From positions 1 through 64,000 of IMG/VR virus record IMGVR_UViG_3300037991_002562: DNA of 64,000 nucleotides; one strand, 5' to 3'. Below, one piece after another: positions 37,453 to 48,369 of the stretch. Both the position numbers and the translations under genes were made by a program. The notes below the pieces were generated by a model that saw only the letters and a list, made by a program, of their open reading frames with translations, did no database searches and was not told the origin of the DNA. Within the stretch, counting starts at the first letter, position 1; every line of letters starts with the position of its first letter. Origin of the DNA: a virus (taxonomy: Duplodnaviria; Caudoviricetes).

Positions 37453-37461
37453 TAGTGCTCC

Positions 37462-39651
37462 TTATAATTTACACGCGCCACTATCGCACGTCTCTTCTTG
37501 TTCAATTACTTCCTCACTTTCTGTATCAATGAAGTTTTGGTAATATGCTGTTTTAATACCAGCTAATGCTTGTCTGACAAACCAATTAATAGTCTCTATT
37601 AAAGGTATTTTCTTGTTGTCATACTTAGTAAAGTCTGTGTAATAGTCACAAGAAATAGCTTGGTCTGTGTAGTTCTGGAAAGCTTGGTAGTATGGAATCA
37701 TGTCCACGTCCCATGCTTTTAAGTGTGTGCCTTCAACGAAATGTTTGGAGATAAACTGTACTTTTCCACGTCTAGCGCTCTTATAGATTACTCGCTGTCT
37801 GCTAGGGTAAATACCGTTTGTAGCATTACTAAATACAGAGCTTGATTCTGTAGGCATAAGCGCTACTAGAACTGAATGACCTCTAGGCTTACCGCGTCTA
37901 AGTTCCCAATCCATAGTAGGGAATCTATAACCGTGCATAGTATCGATAGGTAGCCAATTTAAGTCTACGCCTTCTACAGGAGGACAAGTACCGTCTTCAA
38001 CCATATCCTGACTAGCTTTAAGTAGGGAGTAGTAGTGAAGTTCCGCTAGGCTCTCAACAAAATCTAAAGATTCTTTAGATCCGTCGTAGTCTAAACCTTC
38101 TTGGTATAGTCTAGAAGCTAATCCTGTAACTCCAATACCTACAGAACGTCTACGTAATAGATTATGCTTAACGGAGTCTGTAAGTGCACACTCAGAAGCT
38201 TTAACCATCATTGCCTCTACTGTACGTAGTGCAATGTCAGCCATTTCAAAATACTCTTCATTAGAGATTTTTGCTACGTTTAGAGCTGCTAGTGAGCAAT
38301 ATGCAATTTCACCTTCAGATACGTAATTTCTGTAGATGTCGTGCATGTCCACAAAGCCTTTAGTAGGAAGCGCGATTTCAAGGCATAAATTGGATTGGGT
38401 AATCGTATCCATAAAAGGTGTATGTTCATTAGCACGGCTCAGGTTTATGCAGTATACTCTACCAGTCTCCCAACGTGCCTGTATAAAAGCAATAAGAACT
38501 TTTAAAGCTTTTACTTTAATATGCTTCTTACCGTCTAGTAATGCGTCTTGTACAAAGTCCATGTAATCTTCCCTATGGAAGGCTTCATGTACCTCAGGGG
38601 CTTCCTCTATCGAGAATAAATACCAGTCGTCGTTGTTTATAACTGCTCTAACAAAATCGTCGTTGTAAGCAAAGCTATAATCTATTTTATCAATACGTTG
38701 TGATAAGTCTATACGCTGGGTTTTCCAAAGTAGCATTGACTCAATATCTGGGTCAATACACTTCAAAGTCATTGTAGCTGAACCACCACGAGCTAGCTGA
38801 GTGAACTTTTTAACAGAAGCTTCAATTGATTTGTAAAGAGGTGCTTTACCTAAATGAGCTATGCGGCCTTCTTTAACGGGGTCTCCCTTGGAGCGAGTAT
38901 TAAGTGTAATACCAATTCCAGCTTTCTTAGAAGTCATTTTAGAAGCTAAGTGTTCTGCTACTTCTAATGAGTCTACAGTATCATTTGCTTCAATTACTGA
39001 GCATGAAATAGTATCAAAGTTACCATCCCTACATCCGGTGTTAACTGGCGTCGGAAGATTTAGCTTAGATAACATTACAGCCTTGGCGGTTCTATAAGCT
39101 AAGTCAGTTACTCCGTGCAAGGATATTGCAATACCTAATACTGCTTGAGCAGGAGTCTCTATAGCTTCTTCGTTTTCTTTGATAGCGTATTTATCAATGA
39201 ACTGTTTTACAGTTGGGAACTCTAAGTCTAGAGCTTCAAGCTCCGTGTACCATTCATTTATAAGTTCTCTTTTCTCGAAAAGAGCTACGTCGTCTACCCA
39301 ATGTTTCCAATAGCCTAAGTCCGACATTATTTCCATAAAATCATAGAAATCTATAGCTTCTGGATGCATAATGCCTAGAGTATTAGACTGTGTTTTATAG
39401 ATATTAGCTCTTTCCACCTCAGCCGCTATTCTACTCCACTCTACTTGCTCTTTGTCTAGACATACTTGAATTATTGTATCGTTTATGTCTGTGGTAGATA
39501 CTCCATCTATTAGACGAGGTATTACTTTACTAAGTAACTCGTACTCTTTTTCTACTTGGTCTTCAGAGTTACGAATAACATAAGTAACCCATTTTCTTAA
39601 TTTAGCGTGATTAAAAGGCTCTTTAGAACCGTTTCGTTTTGTCACTAACAA
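37462..39651 (-). CDS. nrdA: Ribonucleotide reductase alpha subunit (class Ia)
   Basis: ATP cone VTKRNG, SNLCLEI, MPTESSS, KTAYY, CDSGAC. Confidence 0.95.
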   Translation of the reverse strand: MLVTKRNGSKEPFNHAKLRKWVTYVIRNSEDQVEKEYELLSKVIPRLIDGVSTTDINDTIIQVCLDKEQVEWSRIAAEVERANIYKTQSNTLGIMHPEAIDFYDFMEIMSDLGYWKHWVDDVALFEKRELINEWYTELEALDLEFPTVKQFIDKYAIKENEEAIETPAQAVLGIAISLHGVTDLAYRTAKAVMLSKLNLPTPVNTGCRDGNFDTISCSVIEANDTVDSLEVAEHLASKMTSKKAGIGITLNTRSKGDPVKEGRIAHLGKAPLYKSIEASVKKFTQLARGGSATMTLKCIDPDIESMLLWKTQRIDLSQRIDKIDYSFAYNDDFVRAVINNDDWYLFSIEEAPEVHEAFHREDYMDFVQDALLDGKKHIKVKALKVLIAFIQARWETGRVYCINLSRANEHTPFMDTITQSNLCLEIALPTKGFVDMHDIYRNYVSEGEIAYCSLAALNVAKISNEEYFEMADIALRTVEAMMVKASECALTDSVKHNLLRRRSVGIGVTGLASRLYQEGLDYDGSKESLDFVESLAELHYYSLLKASQDMVEDGTCPPVEGVDLNWLPIDTMHGYRFPTMDWELRRGKPRGHSVLVALMPTESSSVFSNATNGIYPSRQRVIYKSARRGKVQFISKHFVEGTHLKAWDVDMIPYYQAFQNYTDQAISCDYYTDFTKYDNKKIPLIETINWFVRQALAGIKTAYYQNFIDTESEEVIEQEETCDSGACKL

Positions 39652-39723
39652 TAGTTTTTTCTCCTCTTATTATTTATGAAAATTCTATACAAAATTATGT
39701 ATTTATGCAAGAGATTTTTAGCC

Positions 39724-39747
39724 TAAAAAACCCTCCGAAGAGGGTTT
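39724..39747 (-). terminator. Intrinsic terminator after phoH
   Basis: AAAAAACCCT-CCGA-AGAGGGTTT-type hairpin. Confidence 0.7.
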
Positions 39748-39749
39748 GA

Positions 39750-40451
39750 TTATAACTTCTCGTGTTCAAATAACTCTCCTAGAAGAGAGGATTCTTTGCT
39801 TCTCACGCAGTAAGACCAATCAGGGAAGTCAATATGTATAATAGGTAAATTATCGTAACGGCCTATAAAATCTGTAAGTACAGTTAGCCCACTAGTAGCC
39901 CTCATTGACGTCTGTCTAACATCACCATTGATAACAATCTTAGAGTCCCATCCGGTTCTAAGTAGTAGTGTTTTTAACACACTCCATTCGATATCTTCAG
40001 CTTCATCTATTATAACAAAGGCGTTATTGAATGTCAAGCCTTTTATATGCTCTAGAGGTAAAAGTTCTATCCTCTCTTGCTCTAGTAACCTTTCGTATCT
40101 ATGTTTTCCAATGCGTTCTTTAATTGCGTTAGAGACCGGTGCTGCCCACGGCTCCATCTTCTCGTTTTTTGTACCGGGAAGTAATCCAATAGACCTTGTA
40201 CCTTCTATTTGATTCGGGCGCGCAATTATTATTTTTTCGATAGGCGATGAATTATCGTCCAACATATCAATAGCTATCCAAGCTGCTATTGCTGATTTAC
40301 CAGAACCTGCAACACCTGTACCAACTATAATATTAAAATTCCTGATGGAATTAATATATGACTTTTGCTTATCATTCTTTGGTAAAATAGGCTTCCTTTC
40401 GTATACAGGGGAATCTCCGACAAATTTGTTCTTTCTATCTTTTTTAGACAT
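39750..40451 (-). CDS. phoH: PhoH-like ATPase
   Basis: GVAGSGKS, IARP, GLLPG, IIDEAE, NGDVRQ. Confidence 0.92.
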   Translation of the reverse strand: MSKKDRKNKFVGDSPVYERKPILPKNDKQKSYINSIRNFNIIVGTGVAGSGKSAIAAWIAIDMLDDNSSPIEKIIIARPNQIEGTRSIGLLPGTKNEKMEPWAAPVSNAIKERIGKHRYERLLEQERIELLPLEHIKGLTFNNAFVIIDEAEDIEWSVLKTLLLRTGWDSKIVINGDVRQTSMRATSGLTVLTDFIGRYDNLPIIHIDFPDWSYCVRSKESSLLGELFEHEKL

Positions 40452-40636
40452 AGTGACCTTTACTAAAAATCTCTCCGTAAACCTTATCCATGAATACTAT
40501 TATACATACAACTTTCTAAAAATCAAGGGAAATATTCCAATTCACACCCGTAAATCAGACGGGTGCGCCCACCACCAATGCAAGAATTACCCTGAAAATA
40601 GAGTTACACACGCGTATTTATAATTTTAAAAAGTTG

Positions 40637-40665
40637 TTGACGAATAACCATAATTTTCGTATAAT
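40637..40665 (+). promoter_or_regulatory. Promoter at the strand switch
   Basis: TTGACG-17-TATAAT. Confidence 0.8.
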
Positions 40666-40694
40666 ATGTACATTATTTTAATTGAGGAACGATA

Positions 40695-40985
40695 ATGAAA
40701 AAGAATAGTTCATTAGGTTTTGTAAACTTATATCGAGACAGTAACAACAGGTTACGTTTAGGTGCGTACCCTAAGCCTACGTATTTGGCTGCTGTAAACT
40801 CTAGAATAGATAACCCTATATCATTGTATGTAGGCACACACGAAATCTTTACCACCGAATTAGATGCAGAGCCAGACTGCGAGTCTAACTACTGGAGAGG
40901 CATGCGTAAGGGTCAACTTATAGGATTCCTCAAAGGTGTAGTATTTACTATTGCGGTTATTAGTTTATTCTTTGCAAGCTTGTAG
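40695..40985 (+). CDS. Hypothetical protein with C-terminal TM
   Basis: GAGG RBS. Confidence 0.7.
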   Translation: MKKNSSLGFVNLYRDSNNRLRLGAYPKPTYLAAVNSRIDNPISLYVGTHEIFTTELDAEPDCESNYWRGMRKGQLIGFLKGVVFTIAVISLFFASL

Positions 40986-40993
40986 GTGGCGGT

Positions 40994-41293
40994 ATGAGGT
41001 ACATGAAGCTACCACCAAAGGTAGATTTTAAAAAAGTTAAGCTACCAATCGGTACTAGGATTAAGTTTACAAAAGAGCTTAGTAGCGGCCCTGATGACTA
41101 TAGTCCCGGCAACCTATACGCTGAAAAAGATTCTACAGGTATAGTACACAGTCACGGTGGCTGGGAAGGCCACATGGTTAAATGGGACAAGTGGAATGCA
41201 GAGTTTGGAGCAATATACGGTGAGGAATTTGTAATTGATTATGAGTACTACAGAAAAAACAATATTAGCATTAGTGACTGGCTTAGAAAATGA
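40994..41293 (+). CDS. Hypothetical protein
   Basis: Coupled ORF. Confidence 0.65.
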   Translation: MRYMKLPPKVDFKKVKLPIGTRIKFTKELSSGPDDYSPGNLYAEKDSTGIVHSHGGWEGHMVKWDKWNAEFGAIYGEEFVIDYEYYRKNNISISDWLRK

Positions 41294-41556
41294 ATAAACT
41301 AATACAACTACTTAATGAACTTGCTACTATGTATCCGTATAATGAGAAGATACGGCAAGCCCGTACTTTGGCGGTGGCAGAAGATTCGTTCTACCGTAAT
41401 AAGTTTGTGTTTTCTGGAGAGCAACTATTAGAGTATACAAAGAAAGTTCAGATTTCCGGTCTTAATTCTTTTAAGGCTAAGGTTGACCCTAGAATACATG
41501 CTGCTATTGACCAAGAAGTTAAGGGCATAGAAAGATTTGGAGAAAGCGATGTTTGA
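41290..41556 (+). CDS. Hypothetical protein
   Basis: ATGA overlap. Confidence 0.65.
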   Translation: MNKLIQLLNELATMYPYNEKIRQARTLAVAEDSFYRNKFVFSGEQLLEYTKKVQISGLNSFKAKVDPRIHAAIDQEVKGIERFGESDV

Positions 41557-41866
41557 TGCAAATTTAAGATTAGGCGTAGGAAACAACAAGGCGGTATTTG
41601 TTAAACCGTACAACTTAAACAGTGGATTACGAGAGATAGGATTAACCACTAAAGAAGTGTATCTGGCTATTAAGATAACAAAGCACAGTATACGTATTCT
41701 GATTGACGGGGTTTGGTTCTACCTAGAAGAAAACGAACGTAAAGACCGTGGTGCTTTAATAGTATACGAAGGTAATGCTGATTTTACAGGATTTATTGAC
41801 GAAAATAGCCTAGAGATGGCTAAGGAAATATTTGGGGTAGACCAAGAACTTGACTTAGGAGATTGA
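41537..41866 (+). CDS. Hypothetical protein
   Basis: Coupled ORF. Confidence 0.65.
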   Translation: MEKAMFDANLRLGVGNNKAVFVKPYNLNSGLREIGLTTKEVYLAIKITKHSIRILIDGVWFYLEENERKDRGALIVYEGNADFTGFIDENSLEMAKEIFGVDQELDLGD

Positions 41867-41867
41867 T

Positions 41868-42146
41868 ATGAAACTTGAACATAATAAGGTGTATTTAGTA
41901 CACGCTAGAAACAGCTATGTGGCCTTGTGGGATGAGCATGAAGAAGTGTTTATTGTGCCACGTTATAAGCTGGGGACTAGGGATACTATTTATGAGGTAT
42001 ACGTTGATGTTATAAAAGAACTTGATGTAGTTGTTCCAGAATGGCATGAAGCGGATGACCTTACTGAGTTCCTGCATAAATGCGCTGCGCAACACTATGA
42101 TGAGTATGACCCACGTTTAGAACCTGAGATTAAATACGGTAAATAG
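41868..42146 (+). CDS. Hypothetical protein
   Basis: AGGAG RBS. Confidence 0.65.
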   Translation: MKLEHNKVYLVHARNSYVALWDEHEEVFIVPRYKLGTRDTIYEVYVDVIKELDVVVPEWHEADDLTEFLHKCAAQHYDEYDPRLEPEIKYGK

Positions 42147-42267
42147 TGGTGAAAATTAAAAAATCACTTGCAAATTTGCTGTAAAATCTATATAATAGTT
42201 TACAGAAATTGAGGGAAAAACTATTTAAGGAGATTCCCATGTAATTAACGAACTAGGAGTTTATTTA

Positions 42268-42570
42268 GTGTCAGACAATAAAGATTGTAAAACGTCACAC
42301 TACGACTTTACGTATCATTTACGTAGAGACGATACACTAACTGGTCAGGTCGTCTTAGACCCGTACGCAGTTGCAAAAATTTGGAAGTTGGGTGAAAGAG
42401 ACCCATCTGGTTGCCTTTTTCATATATTGAAGACAGTCGCGAGACTTGGACAGAAAGAAGGCAATACCCTAGAACGTGAAATACAATCAATTGAACTTAC
42501 CTTACAACGTTATCGTGAGGTACGTAAGATTAATGAATTTGAAATAGATTCAGAAGAATACAACCTATAA
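42268..42570 (+). CDS. Hypothetical protein (weakly DUF3310-like)
   Basis: HY...LK..ARLGQK; promoter at 42168-42196. Confidence 0.6.
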   Translation: MSDNKDCKTSHYDFTYHLRRDDTLTGQVVLDPYAVAKIWKLGERDPSGCLFHILKTVARLGQKEGNTLEREIQSIELTLQRYREVRKINEFEIDSEEYNL

Positions 42571-42857
42571 TGCAAGTGTAGCAGCCCTTACAACAATTTA
42601 GAGGGCTTACGTCTTCCGCTAGGAACTTTTGTTGTGGTTCAGAGTTGGCGTATACCTGTGTGGTGCATGTATCAGTTTAAGTTTAGCTGACAGTCTATAC
42701 ACAGAACAGAGCCTGGCGACCCTTACCGGTAGCCCGTTCTGGAAAGAGTATAGAGTGACTAACCAAAGGCAGAGAGGAACGGCATAATCGCACTCGCTGA
42801 CCGGCGACCGGAGTACCCCGCGCAAAAAATAGTAGACTTATTAGAGGAAGTATTTTA

Positions 42858-45584
42858 ATGACGTTACAAGTTCTTGAGGCTTGCGACTATAACGATAAAA
42901 ATGAAAACGGGTTCTACCGCGTATTAGCGGTAGATACCTATTTCTGTAAACGTTTTACGGGGAGCGGTGAAAAACCTGCTAATGCCCGTAAGCGATACAA
43001 GCTAGGGTCGTTTTACGACCCAGATTGCTTGCAACAACTCTTACCGGTACTTCAAAGCCTAGAAAATGACCCTCAAAAGTTGGTTATTAGGCATAAGTAT
43101 TGTAGAGCAAAACAAGGTGATAAGGTTTTTCGTCGAGTAGACGAGGTTGAACCACATCCATCGAAAATTATAGCAATAGACGTTGACGGAATCATTCGTC
43201 CAGCTCATATATCTGCTACTGACCTTATTTCGCAGGGAAATTACGTCTGTAATTTACTACATAAATGCGATCCGGAGGTCTTCCCTGACGACATGGCTTT
43301 TATTTGCCAAGCGTCTGCTAAAGCAGGTATGACTGAAAATATCCGTATTCACTTGTGGATAGAAAATGATTCTAATCTTACGCAAGGGCAACTTCGTAAT
43401 TTATTTATGCAAGTTAACTCTAGATATAAGGAAATTTTTGATACTAGCGATGAGTTAGTAGACACCGCATTGTACCATGACGTACAAGCGCATTATACGG
43501 CTGCCCCAATGTTCATTGGTGTAGACGACCCTTTTATTAGAAGCCCAAGAACCGTCTATGAATATGGAGTAGTAGCTAGAATACCTGATACTATTTCATC
43601 TTACGCAAAGACTGTGCGAGCCTCGGAAGAGGAGGTCTATGAGTACCTGCAACAAATAGATGGTGGTTCAGAAGCATCAGAAGCGTTTTGGAGAAAATGG
43701 TCTGTTGTAGAAAACTGGAATATAGCCGAATCCGGCTTGCGTACTAAAATAATTTCATTATACCATGAGGCTGTTCAGGATACCTTTAACATAGACTTAC
43801 TCGATTCTATGGTTAAAAAAGTCCTAGAGAAGAAACGTCCAGGTTCTGAGCAAGACTACGTAAACCAAGCCAAAGCCGCAGCTATAATAGAGATAAAAAA
43901 CAACTCTGTTAGAAGCATACCTAATGAGTATGAAAAACTTCCTATATCCACTATTCAAAGTGGGTCTTTACCAAAATACTTAGACATTAATAAAGAAAAA
44001 ATGCCTAGTGACGGTGTAGTATTTCTAAAGGCATCGTTGGGTACGGGTAAAACACATACTGTTGAAACTTGGTTAAGAAACGGCTATATTAAAGGAAAAT
44101 TCTTAGCACTTACTGATACATCCGCGTTAGTAGAATCAAACGCTGCCAGATTCAAAGCTGGAGACTTTCGCTCGCCTCAAGCAAGGTTAGACTTCGCGAC
44201 TGGATCACTGGATAGACTATCAGGAACTCTACATAGCTTAGTAAAGATTAAAGATTTCACTAGAGACTTTGACTTCTTGTTTATCGATGAAGCTGACTCG
44301 GTACTAAACAACCTATTGTTTGCTAAAATTATCGATGATGAGGTTAGGTTTCAAATTAGGGAAATTTTATTTGAATTACTCACTTATACTAAAGTGGTAG
44401 TTTTATCTGATGGGGACTTATCAGAAGAGACTGTAGCGCAATACATAGAGCTAGTTGAAGGTAACAGAGATTTTTACCGAGTAGATCACTATCGCCCAAA
44501 TTTAAAAAATATACCTGCTTATCGACACCACAAAGAATCCTCTATATGGGGAGCTGTTCAAGGGTCGTTAGAGACAGGTTCTAAGGCGCTGGTCGTTACC
44601 GACCAAGGGCCCGACAAGCTTAATATAATGCAGAAAACTCTATCAAGAGCCTGCCCAACCAAAAACATAAAGGTAGCCCATGCAAATTCTAAAATGGATT
44701 CAGACGTACAGCAAATCATTAACGATACAGACGTTGCACTCGAAGGCATGCGAGTGGATGCTCTCCTATGCTCCCCTAGCGTCACTAATGGAGTTGACTT
44801 TAGCTATTTCGATGCAGTTTTCGTAATAACTAAGACTTCTAACCATACTCCAAATATGCGATTTCAGGCTTTAATGCGTGAGCGTAGTCCTAGTGAAGTT
44901 CATTACTTTTTTAGTAATATCAAAGGTTACGTAACCGGATATAAGGACTCTAAGGTAGAATCGGGATGGTTTGAAAAAGCTAGACATAGTTTTGCTCTAA
45001 GACGAGAACGAGAGTTCAGGTCTTACTTAGGTACATTTAATTATTACCTAATTAGGGCAGGATGTAAAATAGAAGCCATTACAGACCCTTATGAGCCGCC
45101 AGATGAAGCCGCAGCTAAAGAAGATTACTATATCGAAAGAGCAACAGCGTTACTAAATTCTAAAGCAGAGTCATTCATACCAAGGCACAACGATGCCTAT
45201 GAGTTGAAAATGCTTTATTGTGCGTTATACGACGTAGATGAAGACAGTATCAGCTTTGACGATGCTCATGCTTTTGTTCAGTTAAAGATTGAAGAGAAGC
45301 TAGACTTCCTACACTCTATTATTCCAGTGTTCTGGGAAGAGATTAGTAAAGCATCTACTCAAAAGCTAATGGTAGCTCTTAGAGAGAAAGGTAAGCACTT
45401 TTACTTAGCGACAGGACAACAAGCTAGACCAAGCATGGCCTATGCTAAAAATGTCCTTAAAAGGTGTATGATAGAAACATTAGACGATGTAGAAGAGGTA
45501 AAAGAGTTGTATAGACGCTATTGCTTGTTCAAGGGCTACGAGAATCCACTTAACAAAGAGGAAAAAGCCTGTGAAATCGTTTGA
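42858..45584 (+). CDS. obp: Replication origin-binding protein (primase-like N-terminus plus UL9-like SF2 helicase)
   Basis: IDVD/H motifs, KASLGTGKT, FIDEAD, SPSVTNGVD, QALMRER; T5 synteny. Confidence 0.85.
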   Translation: MTLQVLEACDYNDKNENGFYRVLAVDTYFCKRFTGSGEKPANARKRYKLGSFYDPDCLQQLLPVLQSLENDPQKLVIRHKYCRAKQGDKVFRRVDEVEPHPSKIIAIDVDGIIRPAHISATDLISQGNYVCNLLHKCDPEVFPDDMAFICQASAKAGMTENIRIHLWIENDSNLTQGQLRNLFMQVNSRYKEIFDTSDELVDTALYHDVQAHYTAAPMFIGVDDPFIRSPRTVYEYGVVARIPDTISSYAKTVRASEEEVYEYLQQIDGGSEASEAFWRKWSVVENWNIAESGLRTKIISLYHEAVQDTFNIDLLDSMVKKVLEKKRPGSEQDYVNQAKAAAIIEIKNNSVRSIPNEYEKLPISTIQSGSLPKYLDINKEKMPSDGVVFLKASLGTGKTHTVETWLRNGYIKGKFLALTDTSALVESNAARFKAGDFRSPQARLDFATGSLDRLSGTLHSLVKIKDFTRDFDFLFIDEADSVLNNLLFAKIIDDEVRFQIREILFELLTYTKVVVLSDGDLSEETVAQYIELVEGNRDFYRVDHYRPNLKNIPAYRHHKESSIWGAVQGSLETGSKALVVTDQGPDKLNIMQKTLSRACPTKNIKVAHANSKMDSDVQQIINDTDVALEGMRVDALLCSPSVTNGVDFSYFDAVFVITKTSNHTPNMRFQALMRERSPSEVHYFFSNIKGYVTGYKDSKVESGWFEKARHSFALRREREFRSYLGTFNYYLIRAGCKIEAITDPYEPPDEAAAKEDYYIERATALLNSKAESFIPRHNDAYELKMLYCALYDVDEDSISFDDAHAFVQLKIEEKLDFLHSIIPVFWEEISKASTQKLMVALREKGKHFYLATGQQARPSMAYAKNVLKRCMIETLDDVEEVKELYRRYCLFKGYENPLNKEEKACEIV

Positions 45585-45834
45585 TGACTTAGCTAACCCA
45601 CATAAAGCACGCCCGCCTAGAAAGCGTAGGCGTGCTCCAACCAAAAACCCTAACCAACCAAAACTTAAAGAGGTAGACAAAACCAGATGTCAAGTAGTAC
45701 CCCTTGTGGTACGATTATTTCCAGAGTTATTAGAGCATAGCTTTAGAATAGATAACTTCAACCCTCACAACACATATATTCAGATACTCTCAGAAGCAGG
45801 AAAATTAAGAAAAGAATTGCTAAATCTCTTATAA
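45571..45834 (+). CDS. Hypothetical protein
   Basis: Basic ORF after obp. Confidence 0.6.
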   Translation: MKSFDDLANPHKARPPRKRRRAPTKNPNQPKLKEVDKTRCQVVPLVVRLFPELLEHSFRIDNFNPHNTYIQILSEAGKLRKELLNLL

Positions 45835-45874
45835 TCTAATATAATATACGTATATTAAGAAATGAGGAAAGATT

Positions 45875-46120
45875 ATGAAATTCGATAGAGTTAAGTTTGT
45901 AGAAGATGCAAAACAAGGCGCTATGGTAGTAACATTTCAGAAAGTTGACAAATCTATCCGCAAGATGGTTTGTACCTTGCAACCAGAAATCGTAAATCCT
46001 ACACTTAAAGGCGGAATGCGTAACACACGTCCGGAGGACGTTACGCCTGTTTACGACCTTGAAGCAAAAGGTTGGCGTTCTTTTAGAAACGATAGTGTAA
46101 TGTCAGTAGAGGAGCTATAA
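45875..46120 (+). CDS. WYL-like/DUF2693 small protein
   Basis: VTFQKVD..RKM.CTL...YDLEAKGWRSFR; promoter at 45817-45845. Confidence 0.75.
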   Translation: MKFDRVKFVEDAKQGAMVVTFQKVDKSIRKMVCTLQPEIVNPTLKGGMRNTRPEDVTPVYDLEAKGWRSFRNDSVMSVEEL

Positions 46121-46122
46121 TT

Positions 46123-46791
46123 ATGGCTAGAGCTAAACTTGATGTAACTCCAGAACAAATGGAGAGTGTAATCGCTTATTTGGAAACAGATAAAGCGACT
46201 AAAAAAGCTGCCTGTGAGATGCTTGGCATTGCGTATAATACTAAGCGTCTAGGTACGCTTATCGAAGATTATCAGCAAGGTCTAGAAAGAGACAAGCGAC
46301 TTCGCGCTAAGAAGCGTAAAGAACCTGTTACAAAAGCCGAAGTAGTAAATATCATCACAGATTATTTGTCTGGTGATTCTTTAGCTGAACTATCAGATAA
46401 CTACTACCGTAGCACAGCTATTCTTAAATACCATCTAGAAAAGCACGGTGCTCTTCTTAGAACTAACGAGCGTGTAAACGAGCTTAACCCGCCTTTGTTA
46501 CCTGATGAATGTATGGCGGATTCTTTTGAAAACGGACAATACGTATGGGTAGCCAAGTATGGCTCGATTGGTATCGTTAAGGCGAAATTTAAAAATGCGT
46601 ATCGTGTCAAAGTAATCAACGAGTCTATGAACCAGTATTGTTATCAACCTCCAGAAGAGCTTGGGTCGCTTGAGCATCTGATAGAGCTTGGGGTGGATGT
46701 TAAAGGACTTATCAAGTCTGCAATGTCCGATGACGATATTTTGATAAAAGTTAACGAGGGTGTAAAAAATGCCAACAAACGAACTAAGTAA
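46123..46791 (+). CDS. T5 D2-like DNA-binding protein
   Basis: TKKAACEMLGIAYNTKRL; synteny. Confidence 0.75.
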   Translation: MARAKLDVTPEQMESVIAYLETDKATKKAACEMLGIAYNTKRLGTLIEDYQQGLERDKRLRAKKRKEPVTKAEVVNIITDYLSGDSLAELSDNYYRSTAILKYHLEKHGALLRTNERVNELNPPLLPDECMADSFENGQYVWVAKYGSIGIVKAKFKNAYRVKVINESMNQYCYQPPEELGSLEHLIELGVDVKGLIKSAMSDDDILIKVNEGVKNANKRTK

Positions 46792-46906
46792 TTTTGTGAT
46801 GCCGTATACTATGGCATCGCAGCAAGAATTAACCGACCTAACTAAGCGCGAGCTTGAAGCTAGTAAATAGATCATAGATAAACTAACTAGGATTATAGAA
46901 TATATT

Positions 46907-47473
46907 ATGACTAAACAAACCGATGAAAACTTTGCAACGTGTGCAGACGCAGTACGAAAAGAGAATACTGCGCTGAAAAAGCGTATTGCTGAAATAAAAC
47001 AACTAATGGAGAACGACTTAGTCGTTGTTACACGTAAAAAAGATTTTCAGATTAAAGAGCTCCAAAGTAAACTTGAGCAAACTGTCTCTGAAAAAGAAAT
47101 GATAGTTAATGAAACCAAGTGTATGGTTAATAAGCTTGAGAAGCGATGTGAAGACTATGAGAAGAAAGAGCAATGCGTGAAACAGTACGTAACTGATATT
47201 GAGTCAAAACTGTTTAAGGCTAATAGTACCATCAAGGATATAACCCAGGATCTTGATAAGAAGCAAGAAATAATCAATGAACAACAAAAAGAGCTAGAGA
47301 CAGCTAGTATAGAACTACGTCATTATCGCTTTAAGGATGAAGTCAACCAACTACTGTCTGATGTAGCTACGGGGTTAGATAGTGAGATTAAGAGCTTAAT
47401 GGAAGAGTACGGTGTCGAAACCTCTGGCTTCTCCGTAAAATTTGTAGTAGAAGAAGAGTATGAAGATGAGTAA
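46907..47473 (+). CDS. Coiled-coil hypothetical protein
   Basis: Long heptad repeat. Confidence 0.7.
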   Translation: MTKQTDENFATCADAVRKENTALKKRIAEIKQLMENDLVVVTRKKDFQIKELQSKLEQTVSEKEMIVNETKCMVNKLEKRCEDYEKKEQCVKQYVTDIESKLFKANSTIKDITQDLDKKQEIINEQQKELETASIELRHYRFKDEVNQLLSDVATGLDSEIKSLMEEYGVETSGFSVKFVVEEEYEDE

Positions 47474-47624
47474 TATTACCACAGCAGAAGCAGCTAGCTC
47501 TGGTAAGCTAGACACACGAGTAGACGCGTTAGGGTTTAGTAAGTCAGAAATTCATTAAATTTCTTGACCAAAAGCCCAAATCATAATATAATACCTTTTC
47601 AATAATAAAAGAAGGAAATAAAAA

Positions 47625-48020
47625 ATGTCTGACTGGACACCTGAATCAAAAGATGAACTAATTGCGCAATACGTAACGGAAATTGAAAAATTTCCAGAAG
47701 AAGAGCGCGGCGACCACAGTGCGGGTATCGTAAAGAGCTTATCAGAGCAGTTTGATAAGACCGTTAACGGTGTGCGTATTATTTTATCGAAAGCTGACGT
47801 TTACGTCAAGAAAACTCCAACCGCTAAAGCAGCTAAATCTGCTGACGGCTCAACTGGCGCTAAGCGTGTTAATAAAGCACAAGCAATTGAAGAACTAAAA
47901 ACTGCGATTGCAACTATCGACGAAGACCTAATCGACGAAGATATCGTGACTAAACTAACAGGTAAAGCTGCGCAGTACTTCACAAGCGTTCTAACACAAG
48001 CAACAGCACTAAAGGGGTAA
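47625..48020 (+). CDS. T5 D3-like protein
   Basis: WTPESK...NGVRIILSKADVYVKK...KLTGKAAQYF; promoter at 47564-47592. Confidence 0.75.
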   Translation: MSDWTPESKDELIAQYVTEIEKFPEEERGDHSAGIVKSLSEQFDKTVNGVRIILSKADVYVKKTPTAKAAKSADGSTGAKRVNKAQAIEELKTAIATIDEDLIDEDIVTKLTGKAAQYFTSVLTQATALKG

Positions 48021-48024
48021 TAAT

Positions 48025-48369
48025 ATGGATGCAAAAACTTTTGAGCGTAACGCACAAGGCGACTTCTACCTGTATTACCGAAAAAGTGGTAGCAATCAAA
48101 TTACCTACCTTACGGGGACTCGTGACTTACACGAGTCTTCCTACATAGAAAAGGAATTACCTGATAATGCCAGACGTAAAAACTCCGATGGTAGTTATCA
48201 TATAGTAGCCAATGAGGATGGTAGTGTAAATGTGCTGAATAACAACAGAGTTGCGGTGTGGAGTTGGAACTCATACAAGTTACGATTCTTACCACTATCT
48301 AGAATTGTTAAGATTGTACCCCTGAGTTCTGTACTAGGGAATAGCAATGCTGGAAGGTCACGTAGATAA
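48025..48369 (+). CDS. Hypothetical protein (T5-like replication region)
   Basis: Ends IVPLSSVL.N; synteny. Confidence 0.65.
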   Translation: MDAKTFERNAQGDFYLYYRKSGSNQITYLTGTRDLHESSYIEKELPDNARRKNSDGSYHIVANEDGSVNVLNNNRVAVWSWNSYKLRFLPLSRIVKIVPLSSVLGNSNAGRSRR

